Shown here: one piece after another, positions 62,117 to 64,000 of the stretch
Numbering within the stretch: the first letter of the stretch is position 1
How the letters are laid out: each line of letters opens with the position of its first letter
Assembly (NCBI GenBank): GCA_016748015.1
Contig: JAAOMT010000521.1
Location: forward strand, 94,907-158,906
Direction: 5' to 3'
Source of the DNA: Geosiphon pyriformis uo1
Taxonomy: Eukaryota > Fungi > Glomeromycota
Length of the DNA stretch: 64,000 bases
Notes under the pieces: model-generated
What the model was told of the DNA's origin: nothing
The model's input: the letters and a program-made list of their open reading frames with translations, nothing else
Databases searched by the model: none
Program-made: the position numbers and the translations under genes

Positions 62117-64000
62117 CTAATATTTTGCTTTCTTTTTTTTTAGTTGTTTTGGTGGTGTTTGTAGAGTCTTCTTTTATCTGACGATGTTACGGGAGGAGTT
62201 TTAAACCCATCATCATCAACATTATCGAATTCCCGAACTAAGGCGTTAACCAAGCCCTGTATTTATTAATGAAATGATAGTCAGAAATTTATAGTGTCAT
62301 TATTCTGGTATAAAAAAATCAAGTCTCACCCGAATGTTCCATGCCACTCTCAATGCAGATTTCAGATGGTGGTAAGTTGAAAATGTAAGCGGAAGATTAA
62401 ATGATTTTAGATGATGGAGGAAATATACCTCACGTTTCTCTATCAGGTAGATTCGAACCTGTGTCATATATGTCTGAGCAAATATAAGCGAAGCATGTAA
62501 GTACAACTTCTCTTTACGTATATCCAAGTATTAGTAATTATCGCACCTGGATCCCAACAATATATGGCTGTAATACGTTGTTTCCAGCATACAGGAACTT
62601 TAATTCTAAGTCATCAAGCATATCCTTCATAATTCTTGGAAGGTTAAATTCATCTGAGGCGAGTTTAGTCAGATTGTAGGTATATGGTCCACCGCAAGCG
62701 AGTGCGCAAGCAACCTCGTATTGCTCATAATTACATAGGAGATCCACCTGGTGACTTCGCTCAACTTGTTCGGTAAGTTTATCCTTGTCATTATTTCGAC
62801 GGCGTTGGGTTGAGAGGACAGAGATCTCTCCCCTTAACAAAATTTGAAACAAGGGAAAATCATATGTTATGCATGTACAATAAATGGAGAGAGATTCACA
62901 ACTTACCATGGAACATAGAAATTTCCATCTAATTTCAGAGCTCCTTGTATTAAAGGAATGATATAGTCGCCAGTCCACTCTCGCTCATGACAGTCATTTT
63001 TAGCGGATTTCGAAGGGACTCAAATGCATCCAGACTATAATGATAAAACAAAAAAACTGATTACATCAAAAAAAATTTGTCATATTGCATGATAAATAAT
63101 GAGTCCAACAACGTACAATTGCCCCGTTACTCGTTCTACCCAACGCTTTATTTTTTCCCAATCAACCTCTGCATATGAGAACCCATCGTCATATATAGGA
63201 GCAGCCAAATTTCTAAGTTCGTACCATCCTTTACGAGCTTGTGATAGATCCATCTAAAATAAAGGAAAAAAACAACGGGAAGTCATCATAAGACAAAGTT
63301 TACTTTCTAACCTGGAAATCCTTACTTTTTGGCTAAACAAGTGGGCGACAAGAGGCTCGATCTCGTGATGGTAAGTCTTCCGGACTGCATTCGGTCTTCT
63401 TCCAACCAACTCAACCCACTGCTTATCGTTAAATTCACCTCTTATTTTTGAAGATGGCGATAGATCTATAATAAAACTGTGGGCCGGGCTAAAAAAAATA
63501 TAAATGGAAAGTGAGCGGTAGTCAAATCATTAATTACCCAATTACTACAACTTACTCATAAAGTGAGCTTGTTTCTTTTGCGAAATAATTCTCCAAAAGA
63601 GGTAATAAGAACGAATCACTTGATGTTTGTTGCTGAGAACAAGACTCAGAAAAAACAACCATAAGAGAAGATGTCACATAGTTGGATGAATGTGATTTCT
63701 CTTCGACTCTTTCTGCATCTTTATCTTTATCGACATCTTCTCGCTCTTTAATTGATATAATTATTTACGAAGGGAACCATAATGTTTTACATATTTCCAT
63801 TAATTTAACATACCATCAAAATCATCATCATCATCTACTTCGAATACTGTATTTGTGTCGGGCTAGAAAGATAAGAGGTCAAATGCTTACTATCAAACAA
63901 AAACATTTTACCAAAAAAATAACAAAAGATACTATACTTGTTTTTTGTCATCTTCTGAAATTATTGTCTCTTGTCTAAGGCGTTTGGATGGACGATCATC
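62117..64000 (-). CDS. Multi-exon hypothetical protein, possible PD-(D/E)xK/REase-like C-terminus; 5' end outside window; two apparent frameshifts
   Basis: Spliced reading PAHSFIIDLS..WVELV | ..EREWTGDYIIPLI..VPW|GEISVLSTQRRRN..VDLL..YEVACA..KLASDEFNLPRIMKDML..IVGIQ|..SFNLPLTF; GT-AG introns; frameshifts in the A-run at ~62999 and near 62180. Confidence 0.7.

Overview
Very AT-rich eukaryotic, intron-containing DNA with two assembly gaps. The gene content (SEL1-repeat proteins, TKL-type kinases, a Crinkler-type kinase, class-3 lipase-like genes, LINE/Gypsy/Tc1 debris) points to a Glomeromycotina fungus; Geosiphon/AMF-like is my inference. The left two-thirds is a birth-and-death cluster of SEL1-repeat/kinase genes and lipase-like genes. 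Two SEL1 genes carry young 108-bp tandem arrays whose units are near-identical except at a few helix-face positions, and they share one virtually identical unit. The three lipase-like copies whose nucleophile motif is readable have Gly in place of Ser; one is an intact 4-exon gene. At 10.1-11.4 kb there is an unusual mosaic of decayed 28S rRNA pieces interleaved with tandem repeats, one of which resembles the R2/I-PpoI target region. The right third holds a full-length decayed LINE (ORF1, APE, RT, RNase H) with a nested 1011-bp solo LTR, three copies of an ORF1-only (HAL1-like) element sharing the LINE 3' tail, and a partial multi-exon gene. TEs and pseudogenes show strong C>T/G>A erosion. All alignments were done by eye against remembered consensus motifs; no database searches were run.
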